From the IMG/VR virus record IMGVR_UViG_3300033463_000052: DNA of 37,520 nucleotides. One strand, given 5' to 3'. Below, one piece after another: positions 27,479 through 37,477 of the stretch. Below the pieces are notes generated by a model. The model saw only the letters and a list, made by a program, of their open reading frames with translations. It was not told the DNA's origin and searched no databases. The DNA comes from an uncultured virus (IMG/VR IMGVR_UViG_3300033463_000052). Taxonomy: Duplodnaviria; Heunggongvirae; Uroviricota; Caudoviricetes. Position 1 is the stretch's first letter. Each line of letters begins with the position of its first letter. The translations under genes were made by a program, and so were the position numbers.

Positions 27479-29408
27479 AATTATTTATATTTTCCCATCT
27501 TCTTAATTTATATTCTTCTTTACGATTTTCACTCCATGTTTTTATTGGTGTAAAAAATCCAACAATTCTGCTATATTCTGTTGCAACAGGTTCATTACAA
27601 ATTGGACAAATATTACCATAAAAAGCATGATTATTTTTACAAGCTTGTATTTTAGTATTAAAAGCAAAATAAGTGACTCCTGCATCTGCAATATAATTAA
27701 CCATAATCCATGCTTTTTCAAAATTATCAAAAGGAGCATCTATATTTGCATGTAAAATAGAACCACCATTGCAATAACTATCAAATTCTGCGGCAATTCT
27801 AATTCTTTCTTTGAGTGTCGTTTTAATTCCTAAAGGAATAAATTGATTTCCATATAAAGGTAAATCATAAATGTTGGCATTAGGATAAAAGAATTTATCT
27901 TTTTGCATTAATTTTACTGCGGCAGATTCGCCGGGTATTTGTTCTGTATTTATTTGATAATCACAATTATACTTTTTTATAAAATTATCTGCCATTTTTC
28001 TCATAGTTTTAAATATTTTTTCCCCAAAAGAAGAAGCTTCTTTTGTATAATAAATATTGCCAAATTCGTCTGTAATAGTATATCCAAATTTTTTCATTGT
28101 TTCATAAATGCCTAAAAATCCAATAGTATTATATAGATGTTCAAAATCTACAAGACCATTCGTAAAATTAGGTAAAAGATTTTTTTTAACATTTCCTTTA
28201 ATAATATTTCTTATAATATCAAGGGCTTTAAGGCAATATTCTGTTCTATATTCAAGTTCTTTTAAATATTCTTCTTCTGTTTTTGTATCAAGGGCAATAC
28301 GAGCAAGATTAATTGAATTGACTTTTACAGAACCAACTTTAAGCGCACTTCCACCAATTGAATTAAAATATCCAAGGTCGGCAATAGAACTTTTTAATCG
28401 ACAACAATTACTTAAACTATTAACAGAATTATCTACAAATAAATTTGAATCTGACCAAATCATATTATGTTTCACAATATATTTAGCAAATTCTTCATCG
28501 GCAAACTTACCTTCCTGTCTTAATAAACTTATAGAATTTACAGGGAATGTAAACATATTTTCTGAACGGATAGAAGCCATTTCTTCCAGAAACCATTTTT
28601 GAAATTGTATAATTTCTTCTTCATAATCTATCATAAAACTTCCATCTGGGAATATACTTCCACCAAATAATGCTTCAAAATATGGATGGTCAAAAATTGA
28701 AGTATTTGTAAATGCTGATTGACTTCCATCCCTGCAATATGGTTGATTCACAGCATAAATAAATCTTTGTATATTGCTTTTTGCATATTTTTCACCATTT
28801 TCTTTTGTTAACCCCATATAATTATTTTCTATATCTTTTTTCCAAAAATAAAACATATAAGGAATAAGATTTGGGAGTCCTACTGCCCCACTACTACGAT
28901 TTGAAGCATAACTAACAAATTCTTTTACAAAATCTACAAAAGTAATTAAATGTTTTGCTGGCTTTGCATTTCTATCTTCTATAAAATATAAACCTTTTTC
29001 AGCTAAATCTTTTAAATCATAAGCGAAACAATAATGCTTAAATGTACTTGTATTAGCATCATGTAAATATAATGCCCCAATCCATTCCAATTCCAACCAT
29101 TTATTTGCATCATTAAATCCAAATTTTTTTTGCATTTCTTGATATATTTTATTAAATGCAATAAGTTTTTGGTGTGGTTTTGGCATTTCTTTTTCTAATG
29201 TAACAATATCTTTATGAGAAACATTACTATTGCCGTCAATACTTGAATCTGCAACAACTTTTTTATCTACAAAATTATCAATAAAGTCAGTATAAGATAA
29301 CTGCCCATCGTCAAATCCATTTATTTTCGCAATATCCGTTCCATATTCATTTTGTAATCTATTATATTGTGTAGTAAAATTTTTATTTAATTTTATATTT
29401 ATATCCAT
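27459..29408 (-). CDS. nrdD: Class III (anaerobic) ribonucleotide reductase without ATP cone
   Basis: YLHD, YC, FTFPV, SNCCRL, INLARIA, GGSI.H, CPIC and the glycyl-radical loop SRIVGF. Confidence 0.95.
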   Translation of the reverse strand: MDINIKLNKNFTTQYNRLQNEYGTDIAKINGFDDGQLSYTDFIDNFVDKKVVADSSIDGNSNVSHKDIVTLEKEMPKPHQKLIAFNKIYQEMQKKFGFNDANKWLELEWIGALYLHDANTSTFKHYCFAYDLKDLAEKGLYFIEDRNAKPAKHLITFVDFVKEFVSYASNRSSGAVGLPNLIPYMFYFWKKDIENNYMGLTKENGEKYAKSNIQRFIYAVNQPYCRDGSQSAFTNTSIFDHPYFEALFGGSIFPDGSFMIDYEEEIIQFQKWFLEEMASIRSENMFTFPVNSISLLRQEGKFADEEFAKYIVKHNMIWSDSNLFVDNSVNSLSNCCRLKSSIADLGYFNSIGGSALKVGSVKVNSINLARIALDTKTEEEYLKELEYRTEYCLKALDIIRNIIKGNVKKNLLPNFTNGLVDFEHLYNTIGFLGIYETMKKFGYTITDEFGNIYYTKEASSFGEKIFKTMRKMADNFIKKYNCDYQINTEQIPGESAAVKLMQKDKFFYPNANIYDLPLYGNQFIPLGIKTTLKERIRIAAEFDSYCNGGSILHANIDAPFDNFEKAWIMVNYIADAGVTYFAFNTKIQACKNNHAFYGNICPICNEPVATEYSRIVGFFTPIKTWSENRKEEYKLRRWENINNYEKSNI

Positions 29409-29608
29409 TACTGATTATTCACCCATTCTATTGAATTTTTAAAATCTAAAATTTTACCATCTATTTCAAGGCAAGGTGCTGATTTAATTCCTTTTGATAA
29501 CATAAAATCAATATCATTATTTTCTTTATATTGGATATTTTTCTTTTGCATTTTCATTTCTAATACTTTACATTTAGGACATTTTGTACTATAAAAGATT
29601 ACTTCCAT
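29408..29608 (-). CDS. Glutaredoxin/NrdH-like redoxin
   Basis: YST.CPKC.., 'SAP.L.IDG'; TAATG overlap with nrdD. Confidence 0.85.
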   Translation of the reverse strand: MEVIFYSTKCPKCKVLEMKMQKKNIQYKENNDIDFMLSKGIKSAPCLEIDGKILDFKNSIEWVNNQ

Positions 29609-29751
29609 CTTAATCCCCCTTTAAAATTTTATTTATTATTCCCCTAATAAGTTTAGGGGGTTAGCTAAGTAAGAGGATAAACCCCATCCCCTACAATTTT
29701 AATCACTTCCTTAATACATATATAAAAATATGTATGATATTTGTTATTTTG

Positions 29752-31425
29752 TTATTCAATTAACAAATTTTTCAGATATGTTTCACGACTTCTTTCTTGT
29801 TGAATAGAAAGCGCATTATTAATCGTATCAATATCGCCAAGAACAATCAATTTTTCTTGCGCTCTTGACATAGCTACATATTCAATATTTCTATTAAGAA
29901 AGAATCCATGACTTCTATCAATTACAACAATTACACATTTTGCTTGATTACCTTGACTTTTATGAATAGATACTGCATTAGCAAGAAGCATTTTATACAT
30001 ATCATTATTTTCAAGATATACAGTACCATTATCAAATCTTACAGTAGTATTATAACCATCATTATAAATAATTGTACCTATATCCCCATTCATTATAGCC
30101 AATTCATCACCATAATCGCTTAACATATGATAATTATTTTCTGTATTTACAATTCTATCACCAACTTTAAATTCAATATCAGTACCTTGTTTTTTATATG
30201 TTAAGAATGTAGGATTATTATTATATTTATTCTGTATTGCAGAATTAATAGCATAAGTTCCTGCATTTCTTACATTAAATGGTGAAAGAATCATAATGTC
30301 TTCTGGATTATATTTCTTTAAAACATTATCATAAATTACCAAAATGTCATTAATAGGATTGGACGAAATTGGAATAAAAGAATAATCATTGAAATTTGTA
30401 TCTTCTGTAAGATTTTTCCCAAGCCTTACATCAGTTGCAATTGTGGCAATTCCACCAATGCCATATCTAAAAACTTTTGTAAGATTCACTATGGGAACAA
30501 TATTACTATCAATAATATCTTGTACTATATTCCCACAAGAAATAGAAGCTAATTGCGCTTCATCACAGATTAAAATAATTTTCGTATTTTGTGGAATAAA
30601 ACTAAATAAAAGACCAAGAAGATTAACTCCTATCATAGAACATTCATCAATAATAAGAAATTCACCAATTCCTCTATGACAAGCTAAATGCATATGGATA
30701 GTACTTGCATTTTTACCAGTTGCCTGTCTAAGTCTTTTAGCGGCAATTCCAGTAGGGGCAAGTAAAGTATAGGAATAATAATTATCATCAAGCATCTTAA
30801 TTAGTGCTTTAGTAGTTTCTGATTTTCCAGTTCCAGCACTACCATTTAACATAACTATACTTTTTTCATTTATTTCTTTAAGCAAAGATAGCTGTTCGTC
30901 TGTAAGTTTTAAGCCATCTACTTCTGCATACTTTCCCCAATCCATTTTAGAATTAAATGGATTATTTACTTTTTCTTTAATAATTTCAGCAATTCTACAT
31001 TCATTTTCCCAAGTATTTCTTAAAGCTATAAATTTATTTTCTTTATCATAATAAAAAATTGAATTTTCAACAGCCTTTAGAATAAATGGCATTAGTTCGG
31101 CATAAGAAGAATGAAGTGCTTTTGCCAAAGAAGAAGCGTTCATTTTAGTATGTCCCTCAGATTCATGTTTTCTGACAAGTTCTCTACATACCCAAATACA
31201 TCTTTCTTCACTTTCTTTTAGTTCTGGTCTTATCTGAATTGCAATTTCATCTGCCATTTTAAAATTCTTTTCAAGATAGCAAATTAACATAAGATAAGTA
31301 TTTTTATAAACTTCTTCTTCAAAGTCATTTGGGGAAGAAAAACTTCTTTTTATTTGGTTAAATTTTTTTGTAGAATAAATATGATATTTCTTTTTAATGT
31401 CTGTCCATATTGATTTCTGTGCCAA
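29752..31425 (-). CDS. RecD-like (SF1B) helicase
   Basis: GSAGTGKS, LAPTG.AA, TIH, DECSM, SIHKSQG, YVAMSRA. Confidence 0.92.
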   Translation of the reverse strand: MAQKSIWTDIKKKYHIYSTKKFNQIKRSFSSPNDFEEEVYKNTYLMLICYLEKNFKMADEIAIQIRPELKESEERCIWVCRELVRKHESEGHTKMNASSLAKALHSSYAELMPFILKAVENSIFYYDKENKFIALRNTWENECRIAEIIKEKVNNPFNSKMDWGKYAEVDGLKLTDEQLSLLKEINEKSIVMLNGSAGTGKSETTKALIKMLDDNYYSYTLLAPTGIAAKRLRQATGKNASTIHMHLACHRGIGEFLIIDECSMIGVNLLGLLFSFIPQNTKIILICDEAQLASISCGNIVQDIIDSNIVPIVNLTKVFRYGIGGIATIATDVRLGKNLTEDTNFNDYSFIPISSNPINDILVIYDNVLKKYNPEDIMILSPFNVRNAGTYAINSAIQNKYNNNPTFLTYKKQGTDIEFKVGDRIVNTENNYHMLSDYGDELAIMNGDIGTIIYNDGYNTTVRFDNGTVYLENNDMYKMLLANAVSIHKSQGNQAKCVIVVIDRSHGFFLNRNIEYVAMSRAQEKLIVLGDIDTINNALSIQQERSRETYLKNLLIE

Positions 31426-31597
31426 TAGAACAAACCTCCTTAAAATTTATTACTCTGCCATTTATCTTTTTTATCCAATAAATTTTATTTTCATATTCAA
31501 TTAGTTTAATTCTAACAAACTGCCCCTCATTATAAATACTTTCATCTTCTAAAGTATTTCCTTTTCTTTCTATAATAAAAATTTGATTATCTGTCAT
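31394..31597 (-). CDS. Hypothetical protein
   Basis: 67 aa with AAGGA SD. Confidence 0.55.
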   Translation of the reverse strand: MTDNQIFIIERKGNTLEDESIYNEGQFVRIKLIEYENKIYWIKKINGRVINFKEVCSIGTEINMDRH

Positions 31598-31603
31598 TTT
31601 ATT

Positions 31604-31852
31604 TTAATTATCCTTCCATTCAATACATTCAATTAAATAAACACACTTAATTTTATCATTATCTTTATTTTTAAGATATTCATTAGTTACTAAAATGTTT
31701 TCTTCTATTGTATTACATCCACGCATACAAATTCCAAATAATGTTGTACAAAATCCATAATACATTGAAATCTTAAAACACAAATCTTCAACATCTTCTG
31801 CTTCAAATATTAGTATATGATTATCATTAAATTCTACTGCATAATGTTTCAT
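31604..31852 (-). CDS. Hypothetical protein
   Basis: 82 aa with GAAAGG SD; first gene after a promoter. Confidence 0.6.
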   Translation of the reverse strand: MKHYAVEFNDNHILIFEAEDVEDLCFKISMYYGFCTTLFGICMRGCNTIEENILVTNEYLKNKDNDKIKCVYLIECIEWKDN

Positions 31853-31872
31853 AATTTTACCTTTCTATTATA

Positions 31873-31921
31873 ATAACTTGATTTTCAGATATATTATATC
31901 ATAAAAATCAAGTTATGTCAA
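31873..31921 (-). promoter_or_regulatory. sigmaA promoter embedded in an inverted repeat
   Basis: TTGACA, 17 nt, TATAAT; ATAACTTGATTTT/AAAATCAAGTTAT arms. Confidence 0.85.
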
Positions 31922-31924
31922 TAA

Positions 31925-32185
31925 TTAATGTTTTTCTTTTTCTTCTAATTCTTTAAATAAATTATATTGTTCGTTCAATTCTATTCTTTTCTTTAATTCT
32001 GGGAACGCTTCTTTTCCACACATAGGGCAAACATAGTCCCAAGGTCTTGGGTTATCATATATCCCATCACCTACTGTTGCCCCACAATTAGGACATTTAA
32101 TAGGAATCTTCATTCCCTCTTTTCTTAATCTTTTTTCTTTCTTTGTTCTTTTAGATGCTATACTCATACAAAAATATTCTCCCAA
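31925..32185 (-). CDS. Zinc-ribbon protein
   Basis: CPNCG...CPMCG. Confidence 0.65.
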   Translation of the reverse strand: MGEYFCMSIASKRTKKEKRLRKEGMKIPIKCPNCGATVGDGIYDNPRPWDYVCPMCGKEAFPELKKRIELNEQYNLFKELEEKEKH

Positions 32186-33810
32186 TCAAATTCATTTTCT
32201 TTTTCTTCATTTTTCAAAATATTATTTTCTTCAATTTCGTATTCAATAATATTTCCCTGTGGATTTTTATTTCCATTATATTCATTTATATCAATTTCAA
32301 AAATGATATTTACAGATTTGTTATTTAAATTTTCAAATTCTTTTACTGTGTCTTCAGAACAAAAGAATTTAATAAAACTAATTCCATTTTGTGTCAATTT
32401 AAGCGTATTAGTTGATTTTTTAAAAATATCAACGGATGGATTTTCTAAATGAATATAAAATTGTGGCTTTTCTATATTCTTCCCCCATAAAATTTTATGG
32501 TCAACAATATCTTGGGCTAAATCTAAAGTTATATCAAAAATTTCTAATTCACCAGTTATATTAAATTCTGGGTCAATCTTTATATCAAGTGTATCTAAAA
32601 ATTTATTTAATTTATTTAAATTTGCTTTTTTAACTGTTATTCCACAAGCCGCTCCATGTCCCATACATTGAGCAAGTTTACTTTCATTTATAATTTCAAG
32701 TAAATCAAATGGGCTTCTTAAAGAACCAGTCCATGTTGTGCTATTAAGTTCTCTTAAAAGTATAGTTGGTTTTCTATATTTCCCTGTGAATTTATTAGCA
32801 ATTAATCCTATAATTTCTTTGTTTTCTGGTTGAGTGAATCCAATTATAACCTTATGATTTAAGTCTAAATTATCCTTAATTTCTTTAACAGTTTCTTTAA
32901 CAATGGCATCTTGCTTTCTTTTTATCTTTTTCATTTCTTTAACTGCATTTTCATAATCATTCCTTATGCCAGTTAAACATTCAAAAAAGAAAGTTTTATA
33001 ATCTTGTTCATCCATTCTTGCTAAAGCATTGGCTAAAGGCCCAACATCCCATCCTATAGCTTCTGGGCAAACGCCACGATAATTGCATACAGTATTGAAT
33101 AATTCAATTAAAAATGGGTTTTGTGGATTATTAAATCCATAATGTAAAAAAGCTCTATTTTCAAGATTTGTTAAATCACAAACATCTGAAACAATAGAAA
33201 CAGCAACAATATCTTCATAGTTTGGAATTGTAATATCATTTGTAATACAATATGCTTCAATAAATTTATATGTTACACCAGTTCCAGAAAGACATTTATT
33301 AACATTACCTAATTGATTATTTATAACAACAGCATAAGGATTATTTAACAATACTTCATGGTGGTCTAATATTAAAATATCACAATCATTATTAGAATCT
33401 TTTATTTTTTGACAATCTTCTATGTCGTTAGTTCCTGCATCTGGAATAATAATAAAAGGAAGATTATCTTTTATTATATCATCAACTTTATCATGTAGAC
33501 CATGTTGTTTCCCAGAATGAAAATATATTCTTGGATTCATGCCCATATTTTTACAAAACATATAAATAATAGCCGCAGAACAAGTTCCATCCATATCGGA
33601 ATCCATCAATATTCCAACTTCAGCTTTCTTATTTACATGATTTTTAAAAATGGAAATTGCTTTATTTATTTTTAAATAATTAAAAGGACTTTCAAAACAA
33701 TATTTATCTGGGTGCAAATATCTATCTATATCTTCAATTCCACAAGCATTTAAGTATTGTGTAATAAAATTATAAGGACTTATATTTTCTATCTTTTTAT
33801 TTATTTTCAA
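32164..33810 (-). CDS. recJ: RecJ-like ssDNA exonuclease (DHH family)
   Basis: DSDMDG, HGL, DAG, DHH, SDV, GSLR, GH..ACG. Confidence 0.9.
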   Translation of the reverse strand: MKINKKIENISPYNFITQYLNACGIEDIDRYLHPDKYCFESPFNYLKINKAISIFKNHVNKKAEVGILMDSDMDGTCSAAIIYMFCKNMGMNPRIYFHSGKQHGLHDKVDDIIKDNLPFIIIPDAGTNDIEDCQKIKDSNNDCDILILDHHEVLLNNPYAVVINNQLGNVNKCLSGTGVTYKFIEAYCITNDITIPNYEDIVAVSIVSDVCDLTNLENRAFLHYGFNNPQNPFLIELFNTVCNYRGVCPEAIGWDVGPLANALARMDEQDYKTFFFECLTGIRNDYENAVKEMKKIKRKQDAIVKETVKEIKDNLDLNHKVIIGFTQPENKEIIGLIANKFTGKYRKPTILLRELNSTTWTGSLRSPFDLLEIINESKLAQCMGHGAACGITVKKANLNKLNKFLDTLDIKIDPEFNITGELEIFDITLDLAQDIVDHKILWGKNIEKPQFYIHLENPSVDIFKKSTNTLKLTQNGISFIKFFCSEDTVKEFENLNNKSVNIIFEIDINEYNGNKNPQGNIIEYEIEENNILKNEEKENEFDWENIFV

Positions 33811-34862
33811 TTACACTTTATTCTCCTTTTATAAATTTTTTTAAATTCTTCTAAACTATAGTCAGTAGGACTAAATTTATAAGCATCTGCATTTATATTA
33901 TTATAACATAATTCAACTTTAAAATATGGCTTTAATTTTTCAATTAATTTATTCATTTTAGAAACAAACAATTTATATTCTTCATCTTCTTTAGTATGAA
34001 AATCACTATCCATCATTAAAATTACTGTTTCTACGCCAAGTTGAAGAAGTTTATTTATATGTTCTTTTGAAATTTTAGAACCAAATACACCAAGACATTT
34101 ATTACAACCCCAAGTATCAAATTTCAAAACAGTTTTTTCTGCTTCTACAATCCAAACAGTTTTACATTCTTTTATTTTTTCTTTATTTTCGTCCCATCCA
34201 TAAAATACTTGGTTGGTTGGAAATTTATAAATAGTTTTATTTAAATCTTGTAAGGGTCTATATTTTCCTCTTTGAATATCTTTATCATCTAAAGCCCTTA
34301 CTCTAATCCCTATTAAATCTGAATTATAATAAATAGGAATTGTTATTTGATTGCATCTGGCATAAAATCCTATATTAAATTTTTTAAGTGTCGCTGTAGC
34401 GATACCATAATCAATCCATTCTTTATGAAATTTATTTTCAAACAATTTTAAAATTGAAGAATCATAAATTTCTATTTTTTGTTTTTCTTCATAATCTGGA
34501 AGAAATTTTTTTAAATCTTTTTGCCAATTATCAATTTCTATTGTTTTCTTTTGTATAATTGGTTCAAGATTTAATTTTTGCATTACCCAATTTAAAGATT
34601 CTTTAAATTTAAACCCTTTTACTTTTTGGACTAACGCAAAAATATCCCCTGTAAATCCACAAGAATAACAAAGAAAAGATTTATTATTTTTATACCAATA
34701 CAATTTTGGCTTGTGCTTTTCACTATCTTCTGGATGGTGACAGATGGAATAAAAAATAATTTGTTTATTATCATCTTGCACAAAATCAGCACCTAATTCA
34801 TTTAGTAAAAAAATAATATCATCATCTGTTATTAGTTCTTTAAGCTGATTTGTGTCTATCAT
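33807..34862 (-). CDS. DNA primase (Zn finger + Toprim)
   Basis: CHH...CYSCG..GDIF.LV; IVEAEK; MDSD. Confidence 0.88.
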   Translation of the reverse strand: MIDTNQLKELITDDDIIFLLNELGADFVQDDNKQIIFYSICHHPEDSEKHKPKLYWYKNNKSFLCYSCGFTGDIFALVQKVKGFKFKESLNWVMQKLNLEPIIQKKTIEIDNWQKDLKKFLPDYEEKQKIEIYDSSILKLFENKFHKEWIDYGIATATLKKFNIGFYARCNQITIPIYYNSDLIGIRVRALDDKDIQRGKYRPLQDLNKTIYKFPTNQVFYGWDENKEKIKECKTVWIVEAEKTVLKFDTWGCNKCLGVFGSKISKEHINKLLQLGVETVILMMDSDFHTKEDEEYKLFVSKMNKLIEKLKPYFKVELCYNNINADAYKFSPTDYSLEEFKKIYKRRIKCN

Positions 34863-34865
34863 TTT

Positions 34866-35099
34866 TTATTGTTCTTTTATTGGCTTATATTGCATACAAT
34901 CATAATACTGCACACCAATATAATGAAATGGCGGGTTACAAGATTTTCTATCAGATTCTCCCCAAATATTCCAATAACAATTATTACAACAACTTCCCTT
35001 TGGTGCTTGTTTAATTTCTATTTCTTCATTTAAAAAACTTGCAATAATTTGACTAATATATTCTGCATCTTTATTTTTCAAAATGTCAATTCTTCTCAT
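34866..35099 (-). CDS. Hypothetical Cys-rich protein
   Basis: 77 aa; CCNNC; GAAAGGAG SD. Confidence 0.6.
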   Translation of the reverse strand: MRRIDILKNKDAEYISQIIASFLNEEIEIKQAPKGSCCNNCYWNIWGESDRKSCNPPFHYIGVQYYDCMQYKPIKEQ

Positions 35100-35105
35100 A
35101 TATAA

Positions 35106-35167
35106 AAAATCTCCTTTCTGTAGATATAATACATATATATTATATCACAAAAAGAAGATTTTGTCAA
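35106..35167 (-). promoter_or_regulatory. sigmaA promoter embedded in an inverted repeat with the downstream SD
   Basis: TTGACA, 17 nt, TATAAT; spacer pairs with ACAGAAAGGAGATTTT. Confidence 0.85.
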
Positions 35168-35179
35168 TATTAAATTATA

Positions 35180-35344
35180 TTATTCATTTCTATTCATATC
35201 AAAATAAGAAAATATAACAATATCACTTTCAAAATTAGAAAGATATTCAAAAATTTTTTCTTCATTTTTTGTAGACATTTTCCATTCGCAGTCTACAAAT
35301 AAGTCATATACGCCATCACGGGCTTTAAAAAGCGTGACTTTCAT
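35180..35344 (-). CDS. Small hypothetical protein (54 aa, not in ORF track)
   Basis: MKVTLFKARDGVYDLFVDCEW...NRNE*; GAGGA SD. Confidence 0.55.
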   Translation of the reverse strand: MKVTLFKARDGVYDLFVDCEWKMSTKNEEKIFEYLSNFESDIVIFSYFDMNRNE

Positions 35345-35347
35345 TAT

Positions 35348-35623
35348 TCAAATCCTCTTAATACCAAAATTACATCCACGTTTTACAAAAGTAAAATTAC
35401 CAATTATTTCTTTATTTAATAGAATATCTGATAAATCTTTCAAAAACATATAATATTCTTTATTATCTTCTTCATTTTTAAAAATTGCATAAGCGGCACT
35501 TCTCCCACGCTCAAAGCCTATAAATTTCATAATTGCAGAAAATTCATAGTTTTCTTTTCTTTCTTTTGTATAAACATCATCATAACGCAACATTTCGCCA
35601 TTTTTATTAAATGGAATCATCAT
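35348..35623 (-). CDS. Hypothetical protein
   Basis: 91 aa; ATGA overlap with the helicase stop. Confidence 0.6.
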   Translation of the reverse strand: MMIPFNKNGEMLRYDDVYTKERKENYEFSAIMKFIGFERGRSAAYAIFKNEEDNKEYYMFLKDLSDILLNKEIIGNFTFVKRGCNFGIKRI

Positions 35624-37119
35624 ATAATTTTTCTCCCATCATATTCAATTAACATTTTATCTATTTTAATTAAAGCACCATCTTTATCTGTTACACACCA
35701 ATCATAACATCTTGAATTTCCATAATCTACATATTGAAAAATTTTTATATATTTGGGGAACTTAGAAGAACGACCTTTAATAATGTGTGTAATATTATTA
35801 CAAATAGCATCTTCTGGAATTTTTAAAGACCCATTCCCTTTAATCATATCAAAAATTTCTAATTCTGCTTTTTTAGGCGGAAGCATTGCCATAGTTCCAT
35901 CTGTTTTACGCACTTGTGCTTTACTTCCTGCAAGACATGATTCTGTAGGGAAATTCATATTATCTTCTTGCCCATTTGTTTGAACGGCAGAAATTAACCC
36001 TACATTACATTGCCTTTGAATTTGTTTTAATCTATCAGTTAAAGCAAGTAAAACCATATCTTCTCTTTGTGGAACTTTGGTTTCATTTGCAATTTCAGAA
36101 GCAACATATCCATTATTTTGAATATAATCAAAACAAATTGTTTTAACTTGTTTTAATGTAGAATACTCACGAATGGTATTTACTAATGACTTTGTAGTAA
36201 AACAGGGGTCATCAACAATATATAATTCACTTTCTTCAAGAATATGGGCGGCATAATCCACCCTATCTTCTTCTCCAGCAAGATAAAATCCATCAAGAAT
36301 ATGGTCACGTTTTACTCCACTAATCCAAGAAATAATAATAGGGTCAAGTTCTTTTCTCATATCCATTTCAGTATTGATAAAAAGCCCAGCACCTATTCTT
36401 GATTTATTTTTTACAAATTTTTCTTGTTTAAAATCCCAATATTCAGTACAAGTTACTTTACATAAATCCCCAAGAGACATTACAGTTTTACCACCACCAC
36501 TTTTAGCGGCACGAAGAATAAAACCATATATTCCTCTGAATATAGAATTTAAATAAGAGGATTGGAAAGAAGCACCATATTCTGGACTTTCTTTCATTTG
36601 TTCTTTTGTCTTTAAAAAATCAGACCCAGCAACATATTCTTCCCTGTTTTTGTCACGATAAAATTCTTTATTTATTTTAGCCTGTATAGCTTCATAATAA
36701 TCAACAATATCCTTAATCTGATATTTTTCTAATTCATTTTCAAATTTTGAAGTATCAAAACCAAAAGATTTATATGACCTTAATAAGCTACATTTCCTTA
36801 CTGCTTCATAATATAAAGGAAAATTGTCTATATTGACTAATTGTTCTATTGTTTCGATAAAATCTTTTAAATTATTTGCATCAAAAATTTCTTTTACTGA
36901 AGAATTTTTATTTGCAAGCCTATATATATCTATACATTCTATAGATTTTGCCCCATGTTTTGCTAAATTATTTATAGCTTGAAACAATCTTTTATGAAAT
37001 ATAGATGGTTCAAAATCATTTGAATTTAATGGGTATTTATCATCATTTATAATTTGTGGGCTTATTAATAAAGCCCCAAGAAGTAGTCTGGCAGAATTAA
37101 CATCATATATCTTATTCAA
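35620..37119 (-). CDS. DnaB-like replicative helicase
   Basis: Walker A AKSGGGKT, FINTEM, FDYIQ, SAVQTN, KGR. Likely TTG start at 37119 behind GAAAGGG; the track gives 37140. Confidence 0.88.
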   Translation of the reverse strand: MNKIYDVNSARLLLGALLISPQIINDDKYPLNSNDFEPSIFHKRLFQAINNLAKHGAKSIECIDIYRLANKNSSVKEIFDANNLKDFIETIEQLVNIDNFPLYYEAVRKCSLLRSYKSFGFDTSKFENELEKYQIKDIVDYYEAIQAKINKEFYRDKNREEYVAGSDFLKTKEQMKESPEYGASFQSSYLNSIFRGIYGFILRAAKSGGGKTVMSLGDLCKVTCTEYWDFKQEKFVKNKSRIGAGLFINTEMDMRKELDPIIISWISGVKRDHILDGFYLAGEEDRVDYAAHILEESELYIVDDPCFTTKSLVNTIREYSTLKQVKTICFDYIQNNGYVASEIANETKVPQREDMVLLALTDRLKQIQRQCNVGLISAVQTNGQEDNMNFPTESCLAGSKAQVRKTDGTMAMLPPKKAELEIFDMIKGNGSLKIPEDAICNNITHIIKGRSSKFPKYIKIFQYVDYGNSRCYDWCVTDKDGALIKIDKMLIEYDGRKII

Positions 37120-37477
37120 AAATGTCTTCATCCCTTTCAAAACGGATTATTACTTTTTCTTCTTGTGGGACTTCTTCATTATATTCTTTTAAACTTTTTC
37201 TTATATCTTGAATCCAATTATAATAATTTTTTGCTTCTTCATAATAATAAGGAACAATAGCAATACTTTTAATAGGAATTTTTTGGTGTTCATGTATATA
37301 CCATAAACAATATCTTATTCCTGCATAAGTATAATCTTTATATTGTTTTTTAATTTCTTTTAATTGTTTATTATATACTGCATAATTAACATATTCACAG
37401 CATACAGAACTAAAATATTTAAGAAGTTTTTCTTTTTCTATGACTTCTTGTGTTTTATCTTTTTTCTGTGCTGGCAT
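37112..37477 (-). CDS. Hypothetical replication-region protein
   Basis: Likely ATG at 37477 in a TAATG overlap with an upstream frame ending ...KYYCRFPLWF*. Confidence 0.55.
   Translation of the reverse strand: MPAQKKDKTQEVIEKEKLLKYFSSVCCEYVNYAVYNKQLKEIKKQYKDYTYAGIRYCLWYIHEHQKIPIKSIAIVPYYYEEAKNYYNWIQDIRKSLKEYNEEVPQEEKVIIRFERDEDIFE

Noticed and set aside
28108..28602. Antisense or shadow ORFs in the track (e.g. 1212-1598, 5720-5977, 11790-12089, 28108-28602, 30389-30679)
   Set aside because: They lie opposite well-supported genes and lack recognisable motifs.
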